Of a stretch of 50,746 bases of DNA, positions 17,999 to 27,093 are shown piece after piece. The notes beneath the pieces are model-generated. The model searched no databases. It saw only the letters and a program-made list of their open reading frames with translations, and had not been told where the DNA came from. The DNA comes from Nanobdellota archaeon. Lineage in GTDB: Archaea > Nanobdellota > Nanobdellia > Woesearchaeales > GW2011-AR9. Made by a program: the position numbers and the translations under genes. Each line of letters begins with the position of its first letter. Positions within the stretch are counted from its first letter, which is position 1. Location of the stretch: positions 1-50,746 of the forward strand of contig JBFMFP010000002.1 in the NCBI GenBank assembly GCA_040751885.1. Reading direction: 5' to 3'.

Positions 17999-19531
17999 AT
18001 GGAGAAGCAAGAGAGGTTTGAAGACTGGCAGCCTCCCGTGATAGAGCACGGTAAACTAACTCAATGGAACTGGATGGTTCAGCATCCGGAAAACCTTAAA
18101 CTAGGAAAAAGAGTGGATATCGGTGCCTTCACCTATATTAATGCAAAACATGGGGTAGAAATTGGAGATGACGTCCAGATCGGCAGCCATTGCTCTATTT
18201 ATTCCCTTTCTACCATTGATGATAAGCAAGGCAAAATTGTTATTAAAAAAGGAGCGAAGATTGGCAGCCATAGTACAATCATGCCTGATATATCTATTGG
18301 CGAAAATGCTATTATTGGTGCGCATTCCTTCGTCAACCAAGATATCCCTAGTAATGTTGTTGCCTACGGCATCCCCGCCAAAGTAACTGGAATAGAAAAA
18401 CAAGAGCTGAAATCCCCTAGCATACCTTTGGCCCAACCCCATATTGCCGAAGATGACATTGAAAATGTAACTGCTGTTTTAAAATCTGGTGTCCTTAGCT
18501 TGGGTCCAAAAATCCGAGAATTCGAACAGAAATTTGCTAAAACTATCGGTACAAAATATGCTGTTGGTGTAAATTCCGGCACATCTGGATTGCATCTCTG
18601 TATCCGCGCCCTCGGCCTTAAAGAAGGTGACGAAGTAATTACTTCCCCTTTTTCATTTATTGCTTCAGCTAATTGTATTCTCTACGAGAGAGCCACCCCT
18701 GTTTTTGTAGACGTAGAAGAAGACACCTTCAACATCGACCCTGATAAAATAGAAGCAGCCATTACCCCCAAAACCAAAGCTCTCCTTGTACCCCATATCT
18801 TTGGGCAAAGCTGTGACATGACCAAAATTATGAAAATTGCTAAAAAACATCACCTTAAGGTTATTGAAGATGCTTGCGAATCCATTAACGCTACCCATCA
18901 TGGCAGAAAGGTTGGAACTTTCGGAGATGTAGCAGTTTTTGCTTTCTATCCAAATAAACAGATGACAACCGGGGAAGGCGGGATGATTGTAACTGATAAC
19001 AAAGAAATCTATGAATATTGCAAAAGCGCTTCCAATCAAGGCAGAAGCAATGATCTGCAGTGGCTGACTCATGATAAACTGGGTTACAATTATCGATTAG
19101 ATGAGATGAGCGCTGCTTTAGGTATAGCTCAATTAAACAAAATTGATTTTTTAATAAAAAAAAGACAGGAAGTCGCCTCAAAATACATTGAGGAACTTTC
19201 AGAAATAGAAGATATTATTTTACCAAAAATAAAACCAGAAAACATTTCCACCTGGTTTGTCTTTCCCCTTAGAGTAAAGGAAAAAATAAGAGATAAGCTA
19301 ATCCAAAAACTGAACGAAAAAGGAATCCAAAGCAAAGCTTATTTTTTTCCCTGCATCCATCTCCAACCCTTTTATAAAGAGAAATTTGGCTACCAAAAAG
19401 GAACCTTTCCTATCGCTGAAAAACTAAGCAAAGAAACACTCATTATCCCTTTTTATCCCGCTCTGACAAATGAACAGATAAAAGAAGTTAAAGAAAAAAT
19501 AAAAGAAAGTTTAGCCGAACTAAAAGGATGA
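17999..19531 (+). CDS. Fusion: left-handed beta-helix (hexapeptide) acyltransferase + DegT-family aminotransferase
   Basis: Residues about 30-130 carry hexapeptide repeats (IGDDVQIGSHCSI, IGSHSTI, IGENAIIGAHSFV). The remainder is DegT-like, with VIEDACESINA and YPNKQMTTGEGG. Confidence 0.85.
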   Translation: MEKQERFEDWQPPVIEHGKLTQWNWMVQHPENLKLGKRVDIGAFTYINAKHGVEIGDDVQIGSHCSIYSLSTIDDKQGKIVIKKGAKIGSHSTIMPDISIGENAIIGAHSFVNQDIPSNVVAYGIPAKVTGIEKQELKSPSIPLAQPHIAEDDIENVTAVLKSGVLSLGPKIREFEQKFAKTIGTKYAVGVNSGTSGLHLCIRALGLKEGDEVITSPFSFIASANCILYERATPVFVDVEEDTFNIDPDKIEAAITPKTKALLVPHIFGQSCDMTKIMKIAKKHHLKVIEDACESINATHHGRKVGTFGDVAVFAFYPNKQMTTGEGGMIVTDNKEIYEYCKSASNQGRSNDLQWLTHDKLGYNYRLDEMSAALGIAQLNKIDFLIKKRQEVASKYIEELSEIEDIILPKIKPENISTWFVFPLRVKEKIRDKLIQKLNEKGIQSKAYFFPCIHLQPFYKEKFGYQKGTFPIAEKLSKETLIIPFYPALTNEQIKEVKEKIKESLAELKG

Positions 19532-20586
19532 AACTAGAACAAATTTATAACAGCCTAATATCAAAAGGGAATACTTTAAAAGATACCTTCTATAAAAAAG
19601 ACATTCTTATTACCGGCGGATGTGGTTCCATTGGTAGTGAAATAGTCAAACAATTAATAAAATACAATCCTAAACGAATCAAAGTTTTTGATAATAATGA
19701 ATCAGGCTTATTCTATCTTCAACAGAGATTAAATTCCCCTTTAATTAGAACCCTTGTTGGTGATATCAGAGATAGAGAAAGGTTACGAATGGCAGTCAGA
19801 GGCACCGATATTATTTTCCATGCTGCTGCTTTAAAACATGTTCCTTTATGTGAATACAATCCATTTGAAGCAGTTTATACCAACGTTATTGGAACCCAAA
19901 ACCTTGTTGGAGTTGCTCGGGATGAACAAGTTGACAAATTTATTACTATCAGCACCGATAAAGCGGTTAATCCGATTAACACCATGGGAGCCACTAAATT
20001 ACTTTCAGAAAAATTAGTCATGACCGCGGATATCGGGGATTGGTGTAAGACCAAATTTTCCTGTGTCAGATTTGGCAATGTTTTGGATTCTATTGCTTCC
20101 GTAATACCTATATTTAAAAGACAAATAAAGCGGGGCGGTCCCGTAACCATTACTTCAAAAGAAATGGTCAGATTTTTTATGTCTATGCCGGAAGCAGTAA
20201 ATTTGGTACTAAAGACTGCATCTCTAGCAAAAGGGAGAGATATTTTTATCCTTAAAATGGATAAAATCAAAATTATTGATCTTGCTGAAGTTATGATTGA
20301 GAAAATTGCCCCCCAATATGGGCACAAACCTGAAGATATTAAAATAAAAACAATTGGGATCCGGCCAGGTGAAAAACTAGATGAACAATTGATCACCGAA
20401 GAGGAAAAAGAATTTCTTATGGATTTGGGAGAATTGTATATCTTGAAAAAACCTAGAATACCCCACTTTCGGACAAGTCTTGTTATTAAAACAAAAGATA
20501 TAAAAGAAAGACTAGATATAAACAATGGAAGATTGTTGTCAAAAGATGAAATCGGAATTCTCTTGAAGAAATTTAATCTATGTTAA
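19528..20586 (+). CDS. UDP-GlcNAc 4,6-dehydratase-type protein (CapD/FlaA1/PseB family)
   Basis: Motifs ITGGCGSIGSE, HAAALKHVP and STDKAVNPINTMGATK. ATGA overlap with the upstream gene. Confidence 0.8.
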   Translation: MKLEQIYNSLISKGNTLKDTFYKKDILITGGCGSIGSEIVKQLIKYNPKRIKVFDNNESGLFYLQQRLNSPLIRTLVGDIRDRERLRMAVRGTDIIFHAAALKHVPLCEYNPFEAVYTNVIGTQNLVGVARDEQVDKFITISTDKAVNPINTMGATKLLSEKLVMTADIGDWCKTKFSCVRFGNVLDSIASVIPIFKRQIKRGGPVTITSKEMVRFFMSMPEAVNLVLKTASLAKGRDIFILKMDKIKIIDLAEVMIEKIAPQYGHKPEDIKIKTIGIRPGEKLDEQLITEEEKEFLMDLGELYILKKPRIPHFRTSLVIKTKDIKERLDINNGRLLSKDEIGILLKKFNLC

Positions 20587-20656
20587 ATTTCTTCCTTCAG
20601 CAACATCATGAAAACGACATAGAAGACATCGATTATTTCAAAGAATTATAAAAACG

Positions 20657-22333
20657 TCAACAAGTATAAATTTCTCCAATTAAAATCTTTTTTGAATAAA
20701 ACTGCCTTTTAAACTTACATAATTTAACAACTTCCCAGGCCGGGCTTTTTTCCGGCAGCGGCGGCCAGTGCAGTAATAATATCGTCCCCCTTACTTTTTT
20801 AATTCTTTTTTCTACCTTAGTTATGTCCGAACCGATTTCATTGTCACCAAATCCATCAGTGATTTTATTTCGCCAAAGATAATTATGCTCGAAATACCAC
20901 TGTATGCCCTGGTCATTGGTATAAATTGGATAGCTCAATTTATTTTCTCTAACATAATCAATCATCTCCCATTTCACTTTACTGACGTCAACTCCCGTCG
21001 GATGAAAAATATACTCTGAAACTAAAAAAACATTAAAAGCCAAAGAAACCGATAAAAATCCAACAAAAAACCAGCTGCTGAGGTTTGTCTTTCGTTTGCT
21101 AAAAACTAAGTACAAAAACAAGCACCCCAAACCAATCAAAAAACTCCAGAATATGGTTGCAAAATTAACTCCGAAAGTCGGCCCGGAAGCGGAGGTATAG
21201 CTAAAAAGAAAATTTAAATTTAAATTTTTCAGCTCATTAAAATAAAGCTCAGGAAAACGGGCCACATATTTTACTGGCAAGGAGTTCACAAAAAACAAAA
21301 ACAATGTGAACGCTCCCAAAACCAAAGAGCTAAAAAATAAATGTTTTTTCTTTAAATCAATTTTAGAAACATAAATGCCTCCCAAAACAGCCAAGGCAGG
21401 GATGGTATGCATAAAATAGCGATCCATAGAACCGTAGGTAATCCCGAAAGTATAAAATAAAATAGTAATAGTAATCCATAGTAATAATAATAAATTTTTC
21501 TTTGGCTTCTTAAACAAGGAGAGTAAATAAAATCCAAATAATAGAAGAGTTGACCACATAAGACACACCATAACTCCTAATAAACTAAAATAACCGGGGT
21601 GGTAACGGCTTAAACTAATTTGCACCGTATTTGTTCCCGAAGTCACGCCTACAAAATCCAGCCAATTAGGTGAAGCGATTATCGCTAACAATATATAACC
21701 ACAAAAAAGAATAAACCCTGCTAAATAAATCAGAAACAAGTCTTTAAATGATTGTTTAAAATTCCATTTTCTTCTAATCAAAGAATACAAATCCAAAACT
21801 AAAATTAAATAAACTGCATTATACTTACAAACAACTGCTATCCCTAACCCAATTCCAGCCAAAATCTGCCAGAAAAAACCTGCCCCCTTGCTTTTTGCTT
21901 TTTCATATTCCAAATAAGAAAAAAACATCAGCAGAACACAAAACATTACCAAATTCCCTTCCACATCAAATTGCAAGGAAGCTAGCGTTGGATAAAAAGC
22001 CACTAACATCAAAAATGCCGCCCAAAAAGCTGCCTTCTTACCCCAATTCCTCCAAGCAAAAATATAAACAAAAATTGTATTGATTATTCCGAATAGCCAC
22101 GGCACGATTCTGAATACCCAGGTTTCCAAACCGAACAAAGCAATGAATGGTTTATATACCAGATTCAGGGGTTGGGGCGAATAATAATCCTGATTAAATC
22201 CAAATTCATCCATCACTGTTAGAGAGTAAGCAAAATTGCTTTCATCATCATAAATTGCCTCATTAATGTTAAACAGGCGGATACCAAACATAACTATTCC
22301 AAAAACAAGTAAAAAAATAATTTTTCTATCCAT
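20657..22333 (-). CDS. GT-C fold glycosyltransferase (ArnT/PMT, GT39/GT83-like)
   Basis: 558 aa and polytopic. The first-loop acidic motif is AIYDDESNFAYS. There is a C-terminal soluble domain. Confidence 0.7.
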   Translation of the reverse strand: MDRKIIFLLVFGIVMFGIRLFNINEAIYDDESNFAYSLTVMDEFGFNQDYYSPQPLNLVYKPFIALFGLETWVFRIVPWLFGIINTIFVYIFAWRNWGKKAAFWAAFLMLVAFYPTLASLQFDVEGNLVMFCVLLMFFSYLEYEKAKSKGAGFFWQILAGIGLGIAVVCKYNAVYLILVLDLYSLIRRKWNFKQSFKDLFLIYLAGFILFCGYILLAIIASPNWLDFVGVTSGTNTVQISLSRYHPGYFSLLGVMVCLMWSTLLLFGFYLLSLFKKPKKNLLLLLWITITILFYTFGITYGSMDRYFMHTIPALAVLGGIYVSKIDLKKKHLFFSSLVLGAFTLFLFFVNSLPVKYVARFPELYFNELKNLNLNFLFSYTSASGPTFGVNFATIFWSFLIGLGCLFLYLVFSKRKTNLSSWFFVGFLSVSLAFNVFLVSEYIFHPTGVDVSKVKWEMIDYVRENKLSYPIYTNDQGIQWYFEHNYLWRNKITDGFGDNEIGSDITKVEKRIKKVRGTILLLHWPPLPEKSPAWEVVKLCKFKRQFYSKKILIGEIYTC

Positions 22334-22357
22334 TTAAATTTTTTTCTTTAATTTTTT

Positions 22358-23332
22358 TTAAAACAATTTATTGTTCATAACATCTAAAGCAATCTTTAAT
22401 GCATCTAAACCAACTTTTCCTGTAACTAAAGGCTGCTGTCTGGTTAAAACAGAATTAATAAAAGATCTTAACTCTAAATTAAGCGGTTCAGAATTATCTA
22501 TATCAATATTAATACGATTAGGAGTTCCGAAGTGTAGCACATAATCACCATATTCATCAACAATTTCCTTTGTATAATTACTCTCATAAACAACTAATTC
22601 TTGAGTAATGTAATTTAGCTCCGCATAGCCCTTACTTCCAGTAACACTCAAATTTCTTATTTTCAAAGGAGTAATCCAATTTACTTGGATAAATCCTGAT
22701 TTTTTACCATACTTCATAAAAATTTCTGCATAATCTTCCCTCTTTTCTATCATTGCTTTCCCTAAATTACTATAAATCTCATTAGGAGTAGACTCATAAA
22801 TATAATTTATAATATCTATGTCATGAACAGCCAAATCTACTACAACATTAGCATCCCTAATTTGTACAGGAACTGTTCCAACACGACGAGCAATGACAGA
22901 AGAAACCTCTCCTAATTTACCTTGCCCAACTATCTCTTTTAATTTTTGTACAGCCGGATTAAACCTCTCTATATGGCCTATTTGCAAAATTAAATCTTTT
23001 TCTTTAGCTTCTTTAATTATGTCTTCAGCATCAGTTATCCTATCAGCAATCGGCTTTTCTATTAAAACATCGATCTTTCTTTTCATGCATTCCAAAGCCA
23101 CTTCTTTATGAAAGCTTGTCGGTACAACAATACTAACTGCTTTAATATCTTCATTCTCAAGCATTTCTTGGTAATTGGTATAAGCCCGACAGGAAAACTT
23201 TGCTGCAGTTGTCTTAGCCAGCTCTTCATTTAAATCACAAACAGCAACTAAATGAGCATTGGGAATAATAGAATAATTTCTAGCATGATGCTTGCCCATA
23301 TTTCCTAACCCTATGACTGCTACGTTAATCAT
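22358..23332 (-). CDS. Gfo/Idh/MocA-family NAD-dependent sugar oxidoreductase (WbpB/WlbA-like)
   Basis: Rossmann N-terminus VAVIGLGNMGKHH and an EKP motif (LIEKPIA). ATG at 23332 overlaps the upstream stop by 8 nt. Confidence 0.85.
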   Translation of the reverse strand: MINVAVIGLGNMGKHHARNYSIIPNAHLVAVCDLNEELAKTTAAKFSCRAYTNYQEMLENEDIKAVSIVVPTSFHKEVALECMKRKIDVLIEKPIADRITDAEDIIKEAKEKDLILQIGHIERFNPAVQKLKEIVGQGKLGEVSSVIARRVGTVPVQIRDANVVVDLAVHDIDIINYIYESTPNEIYSNLGKAMIEKREDYAEIFMKYGKKSGFIQVNWITPLKIRNLSVTGSKGYAELNYITQELVVYESNYTKEIVDEYGDYVLHFGTPNRINIDIDNSEPLNLELRSFINSVLTRQQPLVTGKVGLDALKIALDVMNNKLF

Positions 23333-25532
23333 TGCAGTATTTCTGTCCCTCAAAAGCTTTGACTATCAAGTTTAAATCTTCCTCAGTTAAAGAAGGATGC
23401 ACTGGTAAAGAAAGCACTTCTTTAGCTAATTTCTCCGCCACCGGAAACCCATGTTTATTATATCTCTTATATGCCCTTTGCTTATGAACCGGAAGCGGGT
23501 AAAAAACTGAGTTGTTTACCCCTTTTTCTGATAAAAAATTAATCAGTTCTTCTCTGGTCTTCCTAAATTCCGGGGTAATCCTAACCGTGTACTGATGAAA
23601 AACATTCCCACCTGATATTTCCGGTAGAATTAATCCTTTTATTAAGCCCAATTTTTCATTCAAAAATCTGGCATTTCTCTTTCTCTCTTCATTAAAGCTA
23701 TTCAACTTTTTTAACTGCTCCAGCCCGATGGCTGCTGCGATATCCGTCATTCGGTAATTGTATCCTAAAAAATCATGAAAATATTTTTTTTCCGAGCCAT
23801 GATTAATGATTTTTCTTATCTTAGCTGCTACTTTATCATCATTTGTTGTAATCATTCCTCCTTCCCCCGTAGTCATATTTTTTGTGGGATAAAAAGAGAA
23901 GCATCCGGTGCCGAAAGAACCTACTTTCTTTCCTTGGAATTCGGCGCCATGGGCCTGGCAATTATGTAGAGTCGCATTTAGTACAGAATAAGAATTGTCT
24001 TCTTCAACTTCAAGATTATAAACCTTTCCTGTGTAATGTTCGGTCATGATATTTATGATAGGGGTGTATACAAAATCCAAATCTTGCTTTCCAAAAGTAT
24101 GCCTTGTTTTTTCTTTTGATTTAACCCTTAATTTTTTATAAAGTAATTTTCTTTCGTTTCCAGTTAAGTATAAATGCCAAGAATCGGAAGGGGTAATTTC
24201 TTTGCCTCTTATTTTTACCTTCCCCCCTTTGGTGAAACCGAAAGAAGGAATGCAGCCTAATGAAATAAGCAATAAATATACCTGCCTTGCCAATTCAATG
24301 GAGGTTGTACCAAAATTTAATTTTTCTTTCCTCAGTTGTGCATCGCCCAAAAATAAACCTTCTAAAATTTTTAATACATATTTTTCTTTCAGGCCTAACC
24401 AGGCCTCAGGTAATTTTTTATTTTTAGCTCCTCTCCCAAACAGCACTTCAAATTCTCTAGCAATCTGGTTGCCGTTAATTCTTAATTGCAGCCCTTCATT
24501 TCGTTTATCAATTGTTTTAGTAACCTTTCTGTTAAAAATTTCTTGAGCACAGTTTTCGATAAAAGTTATTAAGTCAGCCTCTTTCTGCCCTAGTGAAAAT
24601 ATTAATCCTCTTTTGTTTACATTACCTTCTGCTAAAAATAAACCAGCTAATTTAAAGAAATCCTCATTTGTCTTTACTGCTTCAAATTTATTTTTAATAT
24701 TATTTGGATGTTTAATAAATTTAAATTCTTCAAGTTGGCAGGAGGGGAATTTTGGTTTTGAGAAGACTAATAAATCATCTGTTCTTAAATCCCGGGCTGA
24801 CACCCAACCTGGTTTTTCTGAGTTTTTATTAAGAACTAATAATGCGTGGTTCTTCGTAAGCTTTAACCCAAGCCGGTTATAGTAATATTTCAGATTTATT
24901 ATTTCTTCGTTAATATCCCTGACAAAAATTTTTGTTACTTTCTTTAATCTTCCTTTATTTGTCCAAACTAAATCCCCTTCTTTAACATCTTCTATATTTT
25001 TAAAACTATCAGAACAGAAGATTTTAGTGCCGGGAACTAAACAAGCATCTTCGATAATGACTAAATTATGTTTTTGGGCAATCTCCTGAATTTTGTCCAT
25101 TTTTGCCGGATTTCCGTACAAATGAACTGGCAAGACTGCTTTAGTTCTTGGTGTTATTGCCGCTTTGATTTTACTAGGATCTATGTTAAATGTATCTTCT
25201 TCAATGTCAACGAAAACGGGTTTTGCTCCGGCCATCACTATCGCATTTGCTGTAGCAATAAAGGTAAAAGGTGTTGTAATAACCTCATCTTCCGTAATAA
25301 CTTTATCTTCTTCACCTTTTCCCTGGCTACCTATCCCGTGCGCCAATAAGGCTGTATGCAAAGCAGTGGTACCGTTGGAAGTGGCTATAGCATGCTTTAC
25401 GCTGATATAACTAGCGAAGGCTTTCTCAAATTCTTCTACTTTCTTTCCCCGGGCTAACTGTCCCGACTCCAAAACTTCCAGAACCGCTTTTTTTTCTTCT
25501 TCTCCTAGGAGGGGTTTAGCTATGGGAATCAT
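23325..25532 (-). CDS. DegT-family (WbpE/WlbC-like) sugar aminotransferase interrupted by an intein
   Basis: The exteins (aa 1-163 and 525-735) join to IIEDA|CQAHGAEFQGKKVGSFG...FYPTKNMTTGEGG, which gives a 374-aa enzyme. Confidence 0.9.
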   Translation of the reverse strand: MIPIAKPLLGEEEKKAVLEVLESGQLARGKKVEEFEKAFASYISVKHAIATSNGTTALHTALLAHGIGSQGKGEEDKVITEDEVITTPFTFIATANAIVMAGAKPVFVDIEEDTFNIDPSKIKAAITPRTKAVLPVHLYGNPAKMDKIQEIAQKHNLVIIEDACLVPGTKIFCSDSFKNIEDVKEGDLVWTNKGRLKKVTKIFVRDINEEIINLKYYYNRLGLKLTKNHALLVLNKNSEKPGWVSARDLRTDDLLVFSKPKFPSCQLEEFKFIKHPNNIKNKFEAVKTNEDFFKLAGLFLAEGNVNKRGLIFSLGQKEADLITFIENCAQEIFNRKVTKTIDKRNEGLQLRINGNQIAREFEVLFGRGAKNKKLPEAWLGLKEKYVLKILEGLFLGDAQLRKEKLNFGTTSIELARQVYLLLISLGCIPSFGFTKGGKVKIRGKEITPSDSWHLYLTGNERKLLYKKLRVKSKEKTRHTFGKQDLDFVYTPIINIMTEHYTGKVYNLEVEEDNSYSVLNATLHNCQAHGAEFQGKKVGSFGTGCFSFYPTKNMTTGEGGMITTNDDKVAAKIRKIINHGSEKKYFHDFLGYNYRMTDIAAAIGLEQLKKLNSFNEERKRNARFLNEKLGLIKGLILPEISGGNVFHQYTVRITPEFRKTREELINFLSEKGVNNSVFYPLPVHKQRAYKRYNKHGFPVAEKLAKEVLSLPVHPSLTEEDLNLIVKAFEGQKYCND
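23961..25043 (-). other. Class-1 intein with LAGLIDADG homing endonuclease domain (361 aa, residues 164-524)
   Basis: Block A is CLVPGTKIF and block B is LKLTKNHALLV. The two dodecapeptide motifs are KLAGLFLAEGN and ILEGLFLGDAQ. Block F is GKVYNLEVEEDNSY and block G is VLNATLHN, followed by a +1 Cys. I checked the boundary codons on the nucleotide sequence: aca at 25041-25043 and att at 23961-23963. Confidence 0.88.
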
Positions 25533-25573
25533 TCAAACTGAAAGCAGAATTTTGGTTTATAAAGTTTGTTTAA

Positions 25574-26125
25574 CTAAGATTTATCCCCGCAAATTTGGCA
25601 CATTTCTCCTCCTTCCTTCCCCCCCTCCAGTTTTCTCCCGCATTTGCAAACATATCCTTGTAAACGAGCAGGATTACCATAAACCAAGCCAAAATCAGGA
25701 ACATCTTTGGTAACAACTGAACCAGCTCCAACCAGAGCGAACCTTCCAATCGTAATATTAGGCAGAACAACTACCCTTGCACCAAGGGAAGCACCTTCTT
25801 TAATTAAAATCTTCCCCTCCACCCAATTTTTATCTTGTTTAAGACTGCCGTCAGGATTAACTGCCCGGGGAAACTTATCATTTGCTAAAACGCAATGTGG
25901 TCCGATAAAAACACTCTCTTCCAAAACCGCGCCATGGTAAAGGGAAGAACTATTTTGGATTTTGCAATTAGCCCCAATTACTACATTTTTATCGATGTAA
26001 ACATTCTTGGCTAGAATACAATTATCCCCGACTATTGCTCCTTCCCGGACCTGGGCCTGATGCCAGATTTTGACATTTACTCCAACTCTAGCGAGAGGAG
26101 AAACATCGGCAGTTGGGTGGATCAT
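25574..26125 (-). CDS. Hexapeptide-repeat N-acetyltransferase (WbpD/WlbB-like) with C-terminal zinc-ribbon tail
   Basis: LbH repeats run through most of the 183 aa. The tail is CKCGRKLEGGKEGGEMCQICG. ATGA overlap with the upstream gene. Confidence 0.8.
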   Translation of the reverse strand: MIHPTADVSPLARVGVNVKIWHQAQVREGAIVGDNCILAKNVYIDKNVVIGANCKIQNSSSLYHGAVLEESVFIGPHCVLANDKFPRAVNPDGSLKQDKNWVEGKILIKEGASLGARVVVLPNITIGRFALVGAGSVVTKDVPDFGLVYGNPARLQGYVCKCGRKLEGGKEGGEMCQICGDKS

Positions 26126-27093
26126 TCAAAAACCTCTGGGTGTTGTTTATACCATTCAGCTGTCCTTCTTAGCCCTTCTTCAAAGTTTACTTTTGGCCCC
26201 CAGTTAATTAATTGCCTAGCTAAAGAAATATCTGCCACATGTCGGCGCACGTCTCCTGGACGGGCTTCCCGATAAACAAAAGGCTTCCGATAATTTAACA
26301 GTTCAGCGATTTTCTTTATCAAAGCATTAACTGTAATCTCCTTTCCGCTGGCTATATTGATTACCTTCCCTAGGGTAACCCGGTTATTATTAATCATTAT
26401 TGTTGCTTCAGCCGTATCTGTAACATAAAGGAAATCCCGCGTTTGCTCTCCATCACCATCAATGAAAACATCTTCACCTTTGAGCATTCTGCCGATGACC
26501 AAAGGAATAATTCCAGCATATTTTTTGGCATTTTGTCTTGGGCCATATTGATTAAAAGGCCTAACAACAGAAACCTCACAGCCAAAGGTATGATGATAGG
26601 ATAAAGCGATATGATCAGTAGCCGCTTTTGAAGCTGCATAAGGAGTTTCCGGATCCAAAGGATGATTTTCGTTCATCGGAACTTGTTTTGCACCTCCCAC
26701 CGCTTCTGAAGAAGAAAACTGAATTAAAGTTTTAAATTTATCTTCCCGCAAAAGTTTGCAGATATTCAAGGTCATCTCAATATTCTTCCTTATAGTCCAT
26801 TCCGGCCTGACCAAAGAAGTCGGTAAAGGAATCACCGCTAAATTAAAAACAACATCAATTTTGTTATCAACAATACAGTCTTTGATATCTTCATAATCTG
26901 AAACATCGCAGCCAATAATTTTTAATTCCGGAAAATTTCGCTGGGCCTCGGCAAGATTTTCTGGTTTGCCTAAAAAAAAGTTAGAAGCTACTGTTATTTT
27001 TTCCGGTTCTTCTTTAATCAAGCGGTCGACTAGATGCGAGCCGATAAAACCGGCCCCTCCAGTAACAAGAATTGATTTATTTTTTAGGCTCAT
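26122..27093 (-). CDS. NAD-dependent NDP-sugar epimerase/dehydratase (extended SDR)
   Basis: Motifs VTGGAGFIGSH and the catalytic YAASKAA. Confidence 0.85.
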   Translation of the reverse strand: MSLKNKSILVTGGAGFIGSHLVDRLIKEEPEKITVASNFFLGKPENLAEAQRNFPELKIIGCDVSDYEDIKDCIVDNKIDVVFNLAVIPLPTSLVRPEWTIRKNIEMTLNICKLLREDKFKTLIQFSSSEAVGGAKQVPMNENHPLDPETPYAASKAATDHIALSYHHTFGCEVSVVRPFNQYGPRQNAKKYAGIIPLVIGRMLKGEDVFIDGDGEQTRDFLYVTDTAEATIMINNNRVTLGKVINIASGKEITVNALIKKIAELLNYRKPFVYREARPGDVRRHVADISLARQLINWGPKVNFEEGLRRTAEWYKQHPEVFE

